A stretch of 64,000 nt of DNA from Chiloscyllium plagiosum (lineage: Eukaryota), in the NCBI RefSeq assembly GCF_004010195.1, contig NC_057712.1:73890696-73954695 (forward strand), read 5' to 3'. Both the position numbers and the translations under genes were made by a program. The notes under the pieces are model-generated. The model made no database searches. It worked only from the letters and a program-made list of their open reading frames with translations, and had not been told where the DNA came from. Shown in pieces: positions 1 to 12,939 of the stretch; the first letter of the stretch is position 1; every line of letters begins with the position of its first letter.

Positions 1-1141
1 TATATGGACTTTAGCAAGGCATTTGATAAGGTTGCCCATGGTAGGCTCATTCAGAAGGTCAGGAGGAATGGGATTCAGGGGAACTTGGCTGTCTGGATAC
101 AGAATTGGCTGGCCAACAGAAGACAGCGAGTGGTAGTAGAAGGAAAATATTCTGCCTGGAAGTTTGTGGTGAGTGGTGTTCCACAGGGCTCTGTCCTTGG
201 GCCTCTATTGTTTGTAATTTTTATTAATGACTTGGATGAGGGGATTGAAGGATGGGTCAGCAAGTTTGCAGACGACACAAAGGTTGGAGGTATAGAGGGC
301 TGTTGTAGGCTGCAGCGGGACATTGACAGGATGCAGAGATGGGCTGAGAGGTGGCAGATGGGGTTCAACCTGGATAAATGCGAGGTGATGCGTTTTGGAA
401 GGTCGAATTTGAAAGCTGAGTACATGATTAAGGATAGGATTCTTGGCAGTGTGGAGTAACAGAGGGATCTTGGTGTGCAGGTACATAGATCCCTTAAAAT
501 GGCCATCCAAGTGGACAGGGTTGTTAAGAAAGCATTTGGTGTTTTGGCTTTCATTAACAGGGGGATTGAGTTTAAGAGCCATGAGATCTTGATGGAGCTC
601 TATAATAGTTTGGTTAGACCGCACTTGGAATACTGCGTCCAGTTCTGGTCGCCCTATTATAAGAAAGATGTGGATGCTTTGGAGCGGGTTCAGAGGAGGT
701 TTACCAGGATGCTGCCTGGACTGGGGGGCTTATCTTATGAAGAGAGGTTGACTGAGCTCGGACTTTTTAAATTGGAAGAAAGGAGGAGGAGAGGGGACCT
801 AATTGAGGTATACAAGATAATGAGAGGCATAGATAGAGTCGATAGCCAGAGACTATTTCCCAGGGCAGAAATGACTAACACGAGGGGTCATAGTTTTAAG
901 CTAGTTGGAGGAAAGTATAGAGGGAATGTCAGAGACGGGTTCTTTACACAGAGTTGTGAGAGCATGGAATGCATTGCCAGTAGCAGTTGTGGAAGCAAGG
1001 TCATTGGGGACTTTTAAGAGACTGCTGGACATGCATATGGTCACAGAAATTTGAGGGTGCATACATGAGGATCAATGGTCGGCACAACATCGTGGGCTGA
1101 AGGGCCTGTTCTGTGCTATACCGTTCTATGTTCTATGTTCT
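1..1141 (+). mobile_element. CR1 LINE, RT domain to 3' end (inactivated)
   Basis: DFSKAFDKV, GVPQGSVLGP, KFADDTK and LVRPHLEYCVQFWSP motifs. Premature TAA at 457-459, frameshift near 950, (TTCTATG)n tail at about 1124-1141. Confidence 0.95.
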
Positions 1142-1289
1142 AACTAGGAAAGAGTTTTTTTTGCTGAGGGAGATGAAGAGTTAGCTGCGAAATTAGCAAG
1201 ATAGTATGCCATGAATTACCACATGAACAACATACAAATTGGCATGACGGAAATAAGACTGAAGAAATGAATATGTGTTCAAATGATAT

Positions 1290-1703
1290 GGTGGAGCCAG
1301 TGTTGGCCTGGATTGGACAAAGTTAAAAATCACACAACACCAGGTTGTGGTCCAACAGGTTTATTTGGAAGCACTAGCTTTTGGAGCGCTGGTCCTTCAT
1401 CAGGTGGTTGTGGAGGTTAAGATCATAAGACACAGAATTTATAGCAAAAGATTACGGTGTCATGAAACTGAAATGATATATTGAATAAACCTGGATTGTT
1501 AAGTCTTTCATCTATTAGAAAGGGTCGCAAATTTTCGTTCATTAATATGATAATCGCAGAACTTCTTTTAAGTCACTTTCTCGAGGTAACTTAAAATTTT
1601 ATAACAAAAAGTGACAGCTCAGCTCAGACAATGCATTAAAGGTGTGAGGTCAGAATCTGTCTGTATCCCAATCCTGAGTCAGACTGGTTCTATTTCCAAA
1701 GTG
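1290..1703 (-). mobile_element. Penelope-like element terminal-repeat fragment (family A) with degenerate hammerhead
   Basis: Homologous to both arms of the 2566-3442 element. Minus strand 1406-1372 reads CAC CTGATGA A GGACC AGC GCTCC AAAA GCTA GTG. Confidence 0.7.
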
Positions 1704-2565
1704 GATTTCAGTAGGAAAGTGGAAACGAAATCATATTCCAGTATTAGCCTGGGTGAGGAGTTCATAGAACATTTTTCAGATAGTTTCTCAGAACATGCGA
1801 CATTCTTTAAGACCATAAGATACAGGAATGGAATGGCTGCTCTGCTATTCGATCATGATTGATATGTTGGAGAGTGGAAGATGGCTCAGAGTTTGGTTGG
1901 AAATTGTTTCAGGAATAAGTGAAACAATTGCCTGGCATCTATCTGCATTTTGATCAGTTGCCCATCTAGTTTAGGCACAATCCAAAATCTATGTGTTCCA
2001 TCATGATGTTCAATTTAAATTCTTCATTGGAGATGTCTGATTCACTTGCAGCAGCCACATCTTCCTCGTGGCCAACAGCATGGACATTCTTCATTGGGCT
2101 TAGTTGATTTTGTCTTTGGTAGGACTCCTGCAAACTGACACTACAATGTCCAACTCAGTTTTAAGATTTAGATTTCTCTCAGTTAGTAGCTTTCATTAAA
2201 TGGCCTAATTTCACAGGCTGCATAATAGTCTGTTTCTTAAGATGTCATCTAAAACATTGTTAAACTCACAGCATTCTATGAGGTGCTTAAAAGTCATGAT
2301 GAATTCAATCACTAATTCTCCTTCCAGTTAATACCTCTTGTGAAATCTGAAACTCTCTATGTTTGTACAGGTTTTGGTACATAATGGTCTTCAAAAATAT
2401 CAATTGAGTCCTGGCATATTTTGTCACCAGGTTGTCCAGCTGGAGAAGTCTTCTAAATAAATTAATAGGTGTAAACAGGGTGATCTAGTCAGGAGTACTG
2501 AGACATGGTAGCAGGGTGACCAGGGATGGGAACTGAATATCCAGGAGCATTCAGTAATTTAGGAA

Positions 2566-3442
2566 AGTCAAAAATCACATGACACCAGGTTATAGTCCAA
2601 CAGGTTTATTTGAAAACACTAGCTTTCAGAGCTTTCAGGTGTTAGTGAGAGAGGAAGACCTTAGACACAGAATTCATAAGGTAAAGATTAAAGGGTCATA
2701 CAACTCATGCGAACGAATTGAACACACATAAGATAGCTCTTAACTCTTTAATCAATTTGAACAGAGGTGCAGGTTTCAATTGATTAATATGTAAATCACA
2801 GAATTTCTTTCAAGTCACTGCCCGAGACAACTTAAGGTGTTATCAATGTAAAGGTGGTAACACCTTCGGTCAGACAATGTATTTTAGGTGTGAGGTCTTG
2901 TTTGGAATTTGTCTGTGTCTTTTATTTCCAAAGTAAGAGTTTATCAAATACAACATTGACTGACTGTCTACAAATATTGTGCTTTTTGAACAAAACAGAA
3001 TGTATCTGCAAACACAAATCTACAAATTCACCCCACAGATTTATATATATATATATAAGTGTGTGTGTGTGTATGTGTATGTGAGACTGAGTGAGAGAGA
3101 GTTAATGTGTGTGAGGGAGTTTATGCACCTCAGAGAGAGTGCGTTGTTTGAAAGAAATTCTGGGATTTGCATATCAATCAATCGAAACCTGCACCTCCAT
3201 TTTAACTGATTAAAGACTTTAGAGCGATCTTATGTGTGTTTAATTTGTTCACATGAATTTTATGACCCTTCGATCTTTTCCTTATAAATTCTGTGTCTAA
3301 GGTCTTTCTCTCTCACTAACACCTAATAGAGGAGCAGCGCTTTGAAAGCTAGTGTTTTCAAATAAACCCATTGGACTATAACCCAGTGTCATGTGATTTT
3401 TGACCTTGTCAAACCCTGTCCAACACCAGCACCTCCACATCA
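2566..3442. mobile_element. Non-autonomous Penelope-like element with about 250-bp inverted arms (family A)
   Basis: About 2566-2813 is the diverged reverse complement of about 3148-3407. 11-bp TSD TAATTTAGGAA at 2555-2565 and 3443-3453. Internal (TA)n(TG)n microsatellite. Hammerhead remnant at 3320-3354. Confidence 0.8.
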
Positions 3443-3812
3443 TAATTTAGGAAGGACAGACAAAAAGGAAAACACAGAGTTGCATGACATGCTGAAGAGG
3501 AAATTAATGCAGAAGCGAGAAAGGATATTGGTGTTGACTATGTGCAATCTGTATGGGTACAGCTGAGAAACACCAAGGGACAAAAAACATCACTAGGTGT
3601 TATATATAAACTGTAGGGGTGATGTTGGGAATGGCATTAAACAGGCAATTGGAGACACATGCAATAAAGGAGAATCTGCACTTAATGGGAAACTTTACTC
3701 AGCATCTAGATTGGGCAAATCAAATTAGTCAGAATACCATAGAAGAGGAAATCCTGAGTGTGTACGTTGAGGAACCAAGTAGAGAACGGGCCATCCCAAA
3801 CTGGGTATTGTG

Positions 3813-4044
3813 TTGTGGAGTTTGCACATTCTCCCTGTGTCTGTGTGGGTTTCCTCCATGTGCTCCGGTTTCCTCCCACAGTCCAAAGATGTGCAGGTCA
3901 GGTGAATTGGCCATGCTAAATTGCCCATAGTGTTAGGTGCATTAGTCAAAGGGAAATGGGTCTGGGTGGGTTACTCTTCAGAAGGTCGGTGTGAATTTGT
4001 TGGGCCGAAGGGCCTATTTCCACATTGTAGAGAATCTAATCTAA
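3813..4044 (+). mobile_element. HE1-type SINE, 5'-truncated
   Basis: GGAGTTTGCACATTCTCCC...GGCCATGCTAAATTGCCC body and (CTAAT)n tail. Splits the host CR1. Confidence 0.9.
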
Positions 4045-5663
4045 TGTGAAAGGATTAATTGACAACCTAGTTGTACAATCCTTGGGGATAAGTAACATTA
4101 CATGATAGAATTCCTCATCAAGGTGGAGAGTGACATAGTTGACTTGAGACTAGGGATCTGAATCTACATAGAGGATTTTAAGATGATGAGGCACGAGTTG
4201 GCTATGATGGTTTGGGGACCTTTAGTGAAAGGGATGACGTTGCAAAGGCAATGATAGAAACTTTAAGAGTGCATGGGTAAACTACAACAATTGTTCACTC
4301 CTGCAAACGTTAAATGGGAGAAGTGACTAAACCATGCCTTACAAGGGAAATTGGGATTAGATCCAAAGAAAAGGCATATGAATTGGGCAGAAAAACAATA
4401 GACCTGAGGAAGGCAGCAGTTTGGAATTTGACAGAGGAGGACAAAGGAGTTGATTAAGAAAGTTTGAGGGTTAGCTTGCGGGGAACATATAATCTAAGCT
4501 CGAAAGTTTCCATAGGTATGTGAAGAGAAAAAGACAGGTGAAAACACGTGTAGGTACCTTAGAGTCAGAAACAGGGGAATTCATAATGGGGAACAATGGC
4601 TGATGAACTAAATACAGATTTTGATTCTGTATTCACGAAGGAAGGCCACAAACAACATATCAAAAATGATGGGTTTAGTGACAGGGAGGAACTGAAGAAA
4701 ATCAGTATTAGAAAGGAAATGGTGTTCGAGAAATTTGATAGGATTGAAGGCCGATAAACCACCAGGACTTGATAATCTACTTCCTACAGTACATCAGAAA
4801 CTGGCCTTCGGAACAGCGGATGCATTGGTGCTCATCTTCCAACATTCTAGAGGTTTTGAATCAATTCTTACAGATTGGAGAAGGGAGACAAAGAGAAAAC
4901 CAGGAATTATAGATCAGTCAGCATGACGCTGGTAGTAAGGAAAATGTTGGAGACCGTTATGAAAGAATTATTAGTTGAGCATTTGAAAAGCCTTGGTAAG
5001 ATTGAATAGAGTCAGCATGGACTTATGAAAGGAAAATGATACTTGAAAATCTACAGGAATTCTTCAGGGATACAAGAAGTAGAAGTGATCTCAAGAACCA
5101 GTTTATTTCAACGTTTGGAAGGCTTTTGACAAGATCCAACATAAGAGAAGAGTGTGTAAAATTAAAGTGCATGTCATTAGGGATAGTGTATTGAGATGGA
5201 TAGAAAACTAGTTGGCAAACAGGAAATGAGTAGGAATAAAAGGTCTTTTTCCAAATGGCAGGCAGTGACCAATGCAGTACTGATAGGATCAGTGCTAGGA
5301 CCTAGCTATTCACAATATATATTAATGATTTAGCTGAGGGAACTAAATATTACATCTCCAGATGTTACAAAGTTGGGTGAAAAGGTGAACTGTGAGGATG
5401 ATGCAAAGATGCTTTAGTGCAATTTGGACAAACTTAGTGAGTGGACAAATGCATGGCAGATACAGTATCATGTAAATGGATAAATGTGAGGTTATACACT
5501 TTAGTAACAAAATTAGGGAAGTGGATTATTATCTGAATGGCTATAAATTGAGAGAGGGAAATGTGCAATGAAACCTGGGTGTCTTCATGCACCAGCCACT
5601 GAAAGTAAGCATGTAGGTGCAGCAGATAGTAAAGAAGGTAAATGGTATTCATAGAAGAGAATC

Positions 5664-5800
5664 ATCATAGAATCCCTACAGTGTGGAAACAGGCTCTGCA
5701 GCCCAACAAGTCCACGCTGACCCTCTGAAGTGTAACCCACTCTGACCCATTTCCCTACTCTATTAATCACCCAACCTGCACATTTTTGGATTGGATTGTG
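5664..5800 (-). mobile_element. HE1-type SINE 3' fragment
   Basis: CATAGAATCCCTACAGTGTGGAAACAGG is the reverse complement of the HE1 tail. Confidence 0.8.
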
Positions 5801-5924
5801 GAGCATTTGTTAGGGTGAATAGCTAAGATAGGAGAGTCCAAAACTAGAGGGCATAGGTTTAAGTTGAGAGGGAAAAGATTGACAAGTGACCTGAAGGCTA
5901 ACTTGATCACACAGGAAATTTGGC

Positions 5925-6448
5925 ATGTCGGTAAGGACTCTCATCAACTTCTACAGATGTACAATTGAAAGTACGCTGTCTAGGTGCAAAACGGCATGCT
6001 ATGGCATCTGCTCTGTCCAAGATCATAGGAAACTACAAAGGGTGATGTGCACAGCCCAGGCCATCATGGGAGCCAACCTTCCATCCATGGACTCCATTTA
6101 AGCAACTCGTTGCCACGGAAAGGCTGCCAACACCATCAAAGATGCTTCCCTCCCCCAGTAATGATCTCCTCCAATCTCTTCCATCAGAGAGAAGATACAG
6201 AAGCCTGAACACACACACCAGCACATTCTGGGATAATTTCTTCCCAGCCATTATTAGACTATTGAATAGACTCTCTGGCCTCAAATAATGCGGATTTTGC
6301 TACTGTTGATTTCTCTTGTACACCTTGCGCAATGTTACCTGTATGCCTCTGCCTATATCTTTTGTTCTGTACACCCTTGCTTACTATGATCTACCCATAC
6401 TGCTCGTAAACAAAGCTTTTCACTGACAACAAATAAATCAATCAATCA
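5925..6448 (+). mobile_element. Rex1/Babar-type LINE 3' fragment inside a CR1 3' end (CR1 pieces at about 5810-5925 and 6448-6645)
   Basis: Decayed NFYRCTIES, LQRV and PS.RRYRSLNTHT motifs, (ATCA)n tail. Homologous to the 19676-20480 element. Confidence 0.8.
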
Positions 6449-7747
6449 GAGGGTGGTATGTGCATGGAACAAGCCTGCCAGGCAAAGTGGTGGAGGTTGG
6501 TACAATTACAACATTTGATGGGTACATGAATAGGAAGAGTTTATAGGGATATGGTCCAAATGATTTAATACCTGGTTGGCATGGATGAGTTGGACTGAAG
6601 GGTCTGTTTCCATGCTTTACATCTCTACAACTCTATGTCTCTAACCTTACAATCTGCCATTAGAGTGTATTGGAAGAATTTACAAGTTCATATTCAACCA
6701 GTTTGTCTACATTGTGAATGCATTTTTCTTGATCATCAAGTCCCAGTTCGGAACTTTGGATTCAAGTGTCTGACTTAAATATCCACTATATCATAAGGCC
6801 TACAGCAATATTCTTAACAATGTTTAAGATTTTATGTTCTAACATATAATGTACATGACATATACACAGGACAATACTACAATTGATTTTTTAAAAACAA
6901 AACTTCTCTGTAAGGGTGCTGAAGTTATTTGATTTTTCGGTGATAAATCTCATGGAATTTTATCTGTACTAAATCTCACAGTTGGTATGCACTATACCAC
7001 TTGAATATGCTCATGATATTATCACTATCATACCAAGTGACTTGAGGGTATGAAAATCTCAGACTCCAACTTAACGAGAGCCATTCGAAGCATGACAAGC
7101 TGATGGAAGGGCTACTGTCTGTAATCAATTGTTTAATATTAGATGAGACATGCAAGTGCCTGTGACTCTAATATATGTGTATAACAGGTGCTGTATTAAA
7201 TGCTTATTAAAATTTCCAAGACCACTTTATCCACACCTAGTTCTTATGTTGTAAAATCTAACATAAGATTGCCATATCATGTATTACAAATACTGTTCTG
7301 GAGGCAAAGCCTATGCAATGGTGACAGATCATGGGTACAGTGCAGTTTTTTTTAAAAGGGTGAAAGCTGTCAGAGTCAGATATTTGCCAATCTCATTAAA
7401 CATTGGCTTAACACCAGCCTTGCTTTTCAAAAGGATTGGCAAAATAACAGCACCTATTTTTGAGAATAGAAATCTGTCAAATTCAACAGCCTGAAAGCTA
7501 AGTCAGTGACTTTCTGCTTAAAATATAAGTTCTGTTTAGCCAGAAATCCTGTCTCTCCTTTAAAAATAAATGAATTATCAGTCTGCTTTCTAGTTTAAAA
7601 GTAAATACAGAGCTCTTCTGAATGAAATGGAGCTTTTGAAACACTCAAATGCAGTTTTCTAAACTAATTAGTAATTGGTTCTATCACTTTGTCTGTCCAA
7701 ATCAGAGGAAAACCTTGATGACATCACCACTCCTTATTGGGTGTAAA

Positions 7748-7779
7748 TGCCACCTAGTGGCAGACATATACTGGTGCAG
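7748..7779 (-). promoter_or_regulatory. Candidate CTCF binding site
   Basis: Minus strand reads TGCCACTAGGTGGCA, matching the CTCF core CCACNAGRKGGCR, with a TGCAC motif 13 nt 5' of CCAC. Lies in non-repetitive sequence. Confidence 0.5.
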
Positions 7780-8772
7780 ACTCTATCTCTTAAAGTAAAA
7801 GTACTTAAAGACATTAAAGAAGCAGCAACAGTGAAAAATAGTGTCCATTGTATGGTGGCAGATCAAAAGCCAATCAGTCTATTATACAAATGCTAACCTT
7901 CTGTGATAGTTATCTACTTGCTCCTATTCTACAGGTTTTATCAATTTTCCACTGTCTAAAATTAGCCACTTCACCTGGATTCTATGGCCAACATCTTATT
8001 TGGTAGGGTATTTCAAATCCTAATAATGTTTTGTTTTAAAAATGATCTCCCAATCTCTCTCTTTGGTGATGAGTTCCAACTTAAGTTTTAGTTACCATTT
8101 CACTGTTAAGTGAAATAGCTTCTTCCTGATTGACCTTATCAAAATCTTCTGTAGTTTTGAACATCATTATTAGAACCTTGATAGAACTAAAGAAAAACAT
8201 AAATTAAGTCCAAAAATTTGAGGCTCTTCTCATAACTAAAGCATTCATCATTACTATCACACTATTGAAATACAATTTAAAATTTAAACAGTGGAACTCC
8301 AATGGTACTTTTCTGTTTGCATCATTGGTTCCACTGCGTTCCATTTTCACATAATTTTCCAAAAAAAATTTGTAAAAGAGGGTGGTTCATTGCACATATA
8401 TAGGGCTACTAAGAATCATCAACTGTTACAAAAAGTAGAGAAAATGGTATTAATGCTGAGTAAGAATGTTAATTGACAGCACAACAACAATTTAAATGAT
8501 ATCCGAATTCCCAACTCACCATCAGAAAAATGCATTGTACCTTAAATCAACAAGAGTGTGGACCATTATAGGAAGTCATAAAATCTCACCCTTTGCAGGA
8601 GTCAGCATATCATGTTCTGAGACTTAAATATAGGTTTTGGGAGGCAACTTTAATAGTCAATGAGAAGTTACACTGAATTTTTATTGTTTAACTTCTCCTA
8701 AGTAACTATTAACAGAAGCATTTCCAGACCCAGTGGAAATACCCTCCAGAATTATCAATTTCTCAAGCAATT

Positions 8773-9149
8773 CACAGAATCATAGAATGCTTATATAGTG
8801 CAGAAGTCCATGCGGCCCATTGAGTCTGCATGCACCCTCTGAAGAGCATCCCACCTGGATCCAGCCTTCCATCTATCCCTAAAACCCCACATTTCCCAGG
8901 GCTAATCCACCTAGACTGCAATGGATACGCAGTCTAGGTGGATTAATTACAATATGTGGTAATTTAGCATGGCCAATCCACTTAACCTGCACACCTTTGG
9001 ATTGTAGGAGGAAATGGGAGCACTCAGTAGAAACACATGCAGGCACGGGGAGAACATGCAAACTCCACACAGTCACTTGAGGCTAGAATCAAATCCGAGT
9101 CCCTAACATTGTGAGGCAGCAGCGCAAACCACTGAGCCACTGTGCTGTC
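8773..9149 (-). mobile_element. HE1-type SINE, full length, with an internal fold-back
   Basis: tRNA-like head (A box TGGCTCAGTGG on minus strand), HE1 body and tail. Extra 17-bp inverted repeat at 8903-8945. Confidence 0.9.
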
Positions 9150-10999
9150 ATAGTGCCTGCAGGATCTAGGATTTCACAGAGTCCCAATAAGTAACTCCAC
9201 TCTGCACTGCTCCAAGGATTGACTTCAGGGTCATCAGAATATCTGGGCCTGTATTCCAGGTTTCGACCTCAATATTGATATCTCAGCCTGCCATCGTCTT
9301 CCCAACCTTGGGCCAATACTAGCATATTTTCCACCCTTGCTGAACCATAACCACAGATGATCTAGCTGTACAATGCTATTATTATAAACATTTTAACTTC
9401 ACTCTCCATTATGCCTGTAACCATGCATGACCTTCCACCCAGATCTTCCAGTCTCATATGTCTCATGAAGAAGAATTTGACACATAAGTGGTTATGTCAT
9501 AAACAATAGAAGTTAATTGAATCAGCAAAACAAATTATTTATTTTAAAGTAAGTATAGCTGTAATTGTAGTTAATGAATGCTTTCAGGAATTATTGGGCA
9601 TTAATAATATGCTACTTGGAGTATTTCTTGCCAACACCTCAGCATAAAGCATGTTTGTTTTTTTGATATTTCCTATGAAGCTGTGAGAAATTGTTCTTCA
9701 ATAGATTGTTCTGCAGGGGTAATTTACTGACTTTGTGTTGTTGGCAGGACAATCTCCTGTTGAGTGTGCATATTGGATATTCTCACACATGCTGCACGCT
9801 ATTTTCAAACTGTACTGGAAAATGGTGCAAAATACATGCTGAATTTTTGATATGTGCTCTCACTTAGAGAGACTCCCTGCTGAAAGTGCAAAGTCAGCAA
9901 AGTGACCCTTACTTATTAGAATTCTGGTTTTACATTCTGTCATTCATGGGATTACTAATGAACTACCCTTTTTCCATCACTGCGAACATTTGTATTTTCA
10001 AATTACTTGTTCTGTCAAATTAATCTGGATTAGTGCCCTACCATTTTTTATTTCATATTTTATTGACTAAATTAATTTACGTGTATATGGCTAAAATAAC
10101 AAAGCAATTGTTACAATTTCTTTGATCTAAATATTGCAATCATTTGAAAGAAACACAAGGTTCATCTGTGTGGAAGAACTTTTTCTAATCAGAGCATAAA
10201 TCCTGTTATTTTTCCATAGGATGTGGTAGAACAATGGCCTAAACTAAATCAATGGAGAATTTGGGTTGAAAAATACAATTAATTCTAATCATGGAAAAAA
10301 ATTTCAGTCATTAGCACTCTCATGAGCAACTTTTATTTTAACTGGATAAATGTAAAATAATAGAATTAACAAGTAAGTGGCAACCTTGATGCCACTGTCT
10401 CTCCGTGAAGATAATGCTCTGGAGCTAGATAACATTAACTGGGCCACCCAGCATCAACCTATGCTCCAGAAAAATAATCAAGGCAGACCAATCCTACAAA
10501 GTCCGACTCAATGACATTTAGAGTCTTGTACCAAAATTGGGAGAACAATCTAATTAAATCATGATCAAAGTCAATGATCCAAGTACTGCTATCAGCTTTC
10601 CTGACCGAGTCCTATCCTATAAGTAGGACAGACCCAGTTCGCAGGTGGCAGTGCAGTCATATATACCTGTGAGAAAGCATTGGCAATAGTGATCACCACA
10701 CAGAAGGCTTTTAGAATCAAGATCCCAACCTTACACTGACAAGAGCAGCGATTGTCTTTTGTGAGGAGCCCATTAACAATGGCCTGGGTTCTGGTGGGCC
10801 AGCTGTACCCAGGGTTAGAGATGGGAGATAGGTGGGTTGTGTCCCGCATGGGGGATGAGCTGCTGTGCCAGGAGCGGGAGATGGGGCTGGGCCGCCTCTG
10901 TCCAGAGTGGGGAGATTGGGGATGGGCCGGCTATACCCGGGGATGGTCGAACTGCCCCTGTCTAAGTCACTTTTGCTCACAACAGATATTTGCCAACCA

Positions 11000-11089
11000 A
11001 CCTGTTCAGGAATTTTCTGACACACCTCAGAACAGGGTTGGACTTGAACCAGGGCCTCTTGGCGTCACTACCATTGCACTATGACAGCC
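11000..11089 (-). mobile_element. Short tRNA-derived SINE (non-HE1 family)
   Basis: Minus strand GGCTGTCATAGTGCAATGGTAGTG...GGTTCAAGTCC contains A-box and B-box-like motifs followed by a non-tRNA body. Confidence 0.55.
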
Positions 11090-11604
11090 ATTTACGTCAC
11101 TTACTTTACCAATAAGTTAAAAACAAAGTCAGATGTCAACAATTATAAGCTGCTTGACCTCCATATTACAACGACAGAGTCAGTAATGACTGATGACGTG
11201 AAGCAGCAGTTGTTTTCTGAAGAGTAGTCTGACAAAGGGATGGGGTGTTGCTGCTGAGATTGAGCATGGACACCCAGGTATTGTCCATGTTTTCTTCACA
11301 GACAGAAATTCATGAATATACTAAACAAAGTATCCACTGAATTAACCCCAAACATGTCTGCCTTAAATAGCATTGACCAGAGCTTTATCAATAAAGATAG
11401 ACCATTAAGAATGATTATTTGATCAGCACTGGCTAATTACCAGATCACACCAATCTCAAAATTACTGGATTAAACATGATGCACATCAACCTTTTAATTT
11501 ATGCCTGAAATATGAAACAAATAGCAATGACATTTATGATTCATTTTTCTTTATATCGATTACAATTACAAGTAGAAGATCGTGCAAAGTTAAGTGTTAC
11601 TTAC

Positions 11605-11780
11605 CTTGCCGTACGGCCAATGTGGTTGTGTAAACCAGGAACAGGAGGATGTAGTTAAGAAAGCTCTGAAATACTGGAGTGTTGGCATGGAAGTCCTCCA
11701 CCAAGTACTTGCTAGTCAGGCCTATACCACAGATCAACAATGACAGCACCTGGCCCAGTGCCAACGACAGCAGCAGCTCT
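11605..11780 (-). CDS. SLC35F1: Internal coding exon (probably exon 2) of solute carrier family 35 member F1
   Basis: Translates to (R)ELLLSLALGQVLSLLICGIGLTSKYLVEDFHANTPVFQSFLNYILLFLVYTTTLAVRQ(G), which I recognise as the N-terminal transmembrane region of vertebrate SLC35F1. Acceptor ttgttcctttag|AGAG, donor CAAG|gtaagt, and a CTAAT branch-point candidate about 25 nt upstream. Length 176 bp. Confidence 0.92.
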
Positions 11781-12939
11781 CTAAAGGAACAAGTGATCTG
11801 CATATTAGGGCAAAATCAACGACCAGAAGACAAATTCTTTCACTGACTGGCAACACAATTCGCGCCTCAAGGGAGCCATATCACAATTAGGATGGAGATA
11901 AAACCAAAAGATTTACAACCTTATTGAAACATCTAACTGCTCAATAACTGATTTTATTTTTACCAAGTTCAGAATTTTCAGCCAGCATGTCCAAAACTCA
12001 GAACAGGCAATTGTCAGCATGACTGCTTTCACAGCTCAAAGCCGATGGGTAGAACTGCAGTGTAAATTCAAAGAAGCTGTGTTTTCTGTGAAATGACTTG
12101 TCACATCATCATTCTCAATGTAACCAGTGAAAGGAAAGTTCTTGACCTGTGGTGACAACTTCATTCACACTTAATACTCGAAGAGAGGGGTCTCATAAAT
12201 TAAAACTTTCAAGAAAACCAAAGTTTATAATCTTCCAAAAACAAAAGCTTGTTTTAATGGCATGGTGCTCTGTATCATTTCCTATGATGTGGCTTTGAGC
12301 TTTAGATTTTAAAACTTTCTGCACATTCTTTACACTCCTATATCACTGGAGTTACCATAATATATGTTTTGGGGATTTGCATTGTAATCCATAAGAAAAA
12401 CTCATAATATCAAAATAATGTTTAAAATATACCTTTTCCCAAATGGCAAAGCTTTCTCTATTTAGGGGTCAAAAACACATCAGTATTCTTCTCCTGACCC
12501 CACTTTAACATCAGAACGCAAGGAATTGTCATTGTTCGCTAATTCTGAGTTTAGAAAATGATGTATCTTCTAAGAGTTGTTCAATGCTTATCCTTCAAGA
12601 ATAGATTGAAAGTTAACTGTGAGGTGCAGAATATTCATTTTTTTATAAATTAATTAGTTTCACATATTTTAACAGTGCAAAGTGCTTGTTCATTTTTTTT
12701 TGGATCTTTTTTCCTTAGTTTGGTTTAGAGAATGGCAAGGCAAATTCAGGTTCTTTTCAAATGTTTCAAAAGAAACTATTAGACTTTAGATTTAATCAGC
12801 AAAACCTCAGGAAGAAACAGTATGGAATATTTCAATTTAAAGTGATTTTGAAGTAAACAACAAATAGTAAAATTTCTTTTCAGAAGCAGAAACAATCCTT
12901 CAGGTGAAAAGGTCCTACCTTAACTTTTTTTTAAAACAG

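Larger units (their letters stand above)
2470..5650 (+). mobile_element. Old, degraded long CR1 LINE (endonuclease plus RT) interrupted by younger insertions
   Basis: Decayed motifs in order: ETW..GDQGWELNI, FRKDRQ, LKADKPPGLD, SQHG, KAFDK, SVLGP and KCEV. Many stops and frameshifts. Confidence 0.85.

Noticed and set aside
11781-11803. ATG at 11803 as a start codon, or CAG at 11800-11798 as the acceptor
   Set aside because: MQITCSF is intronic polypyrimidine sequence. That AG is only about 7 nt from the candidate branch point and would shift the frame.
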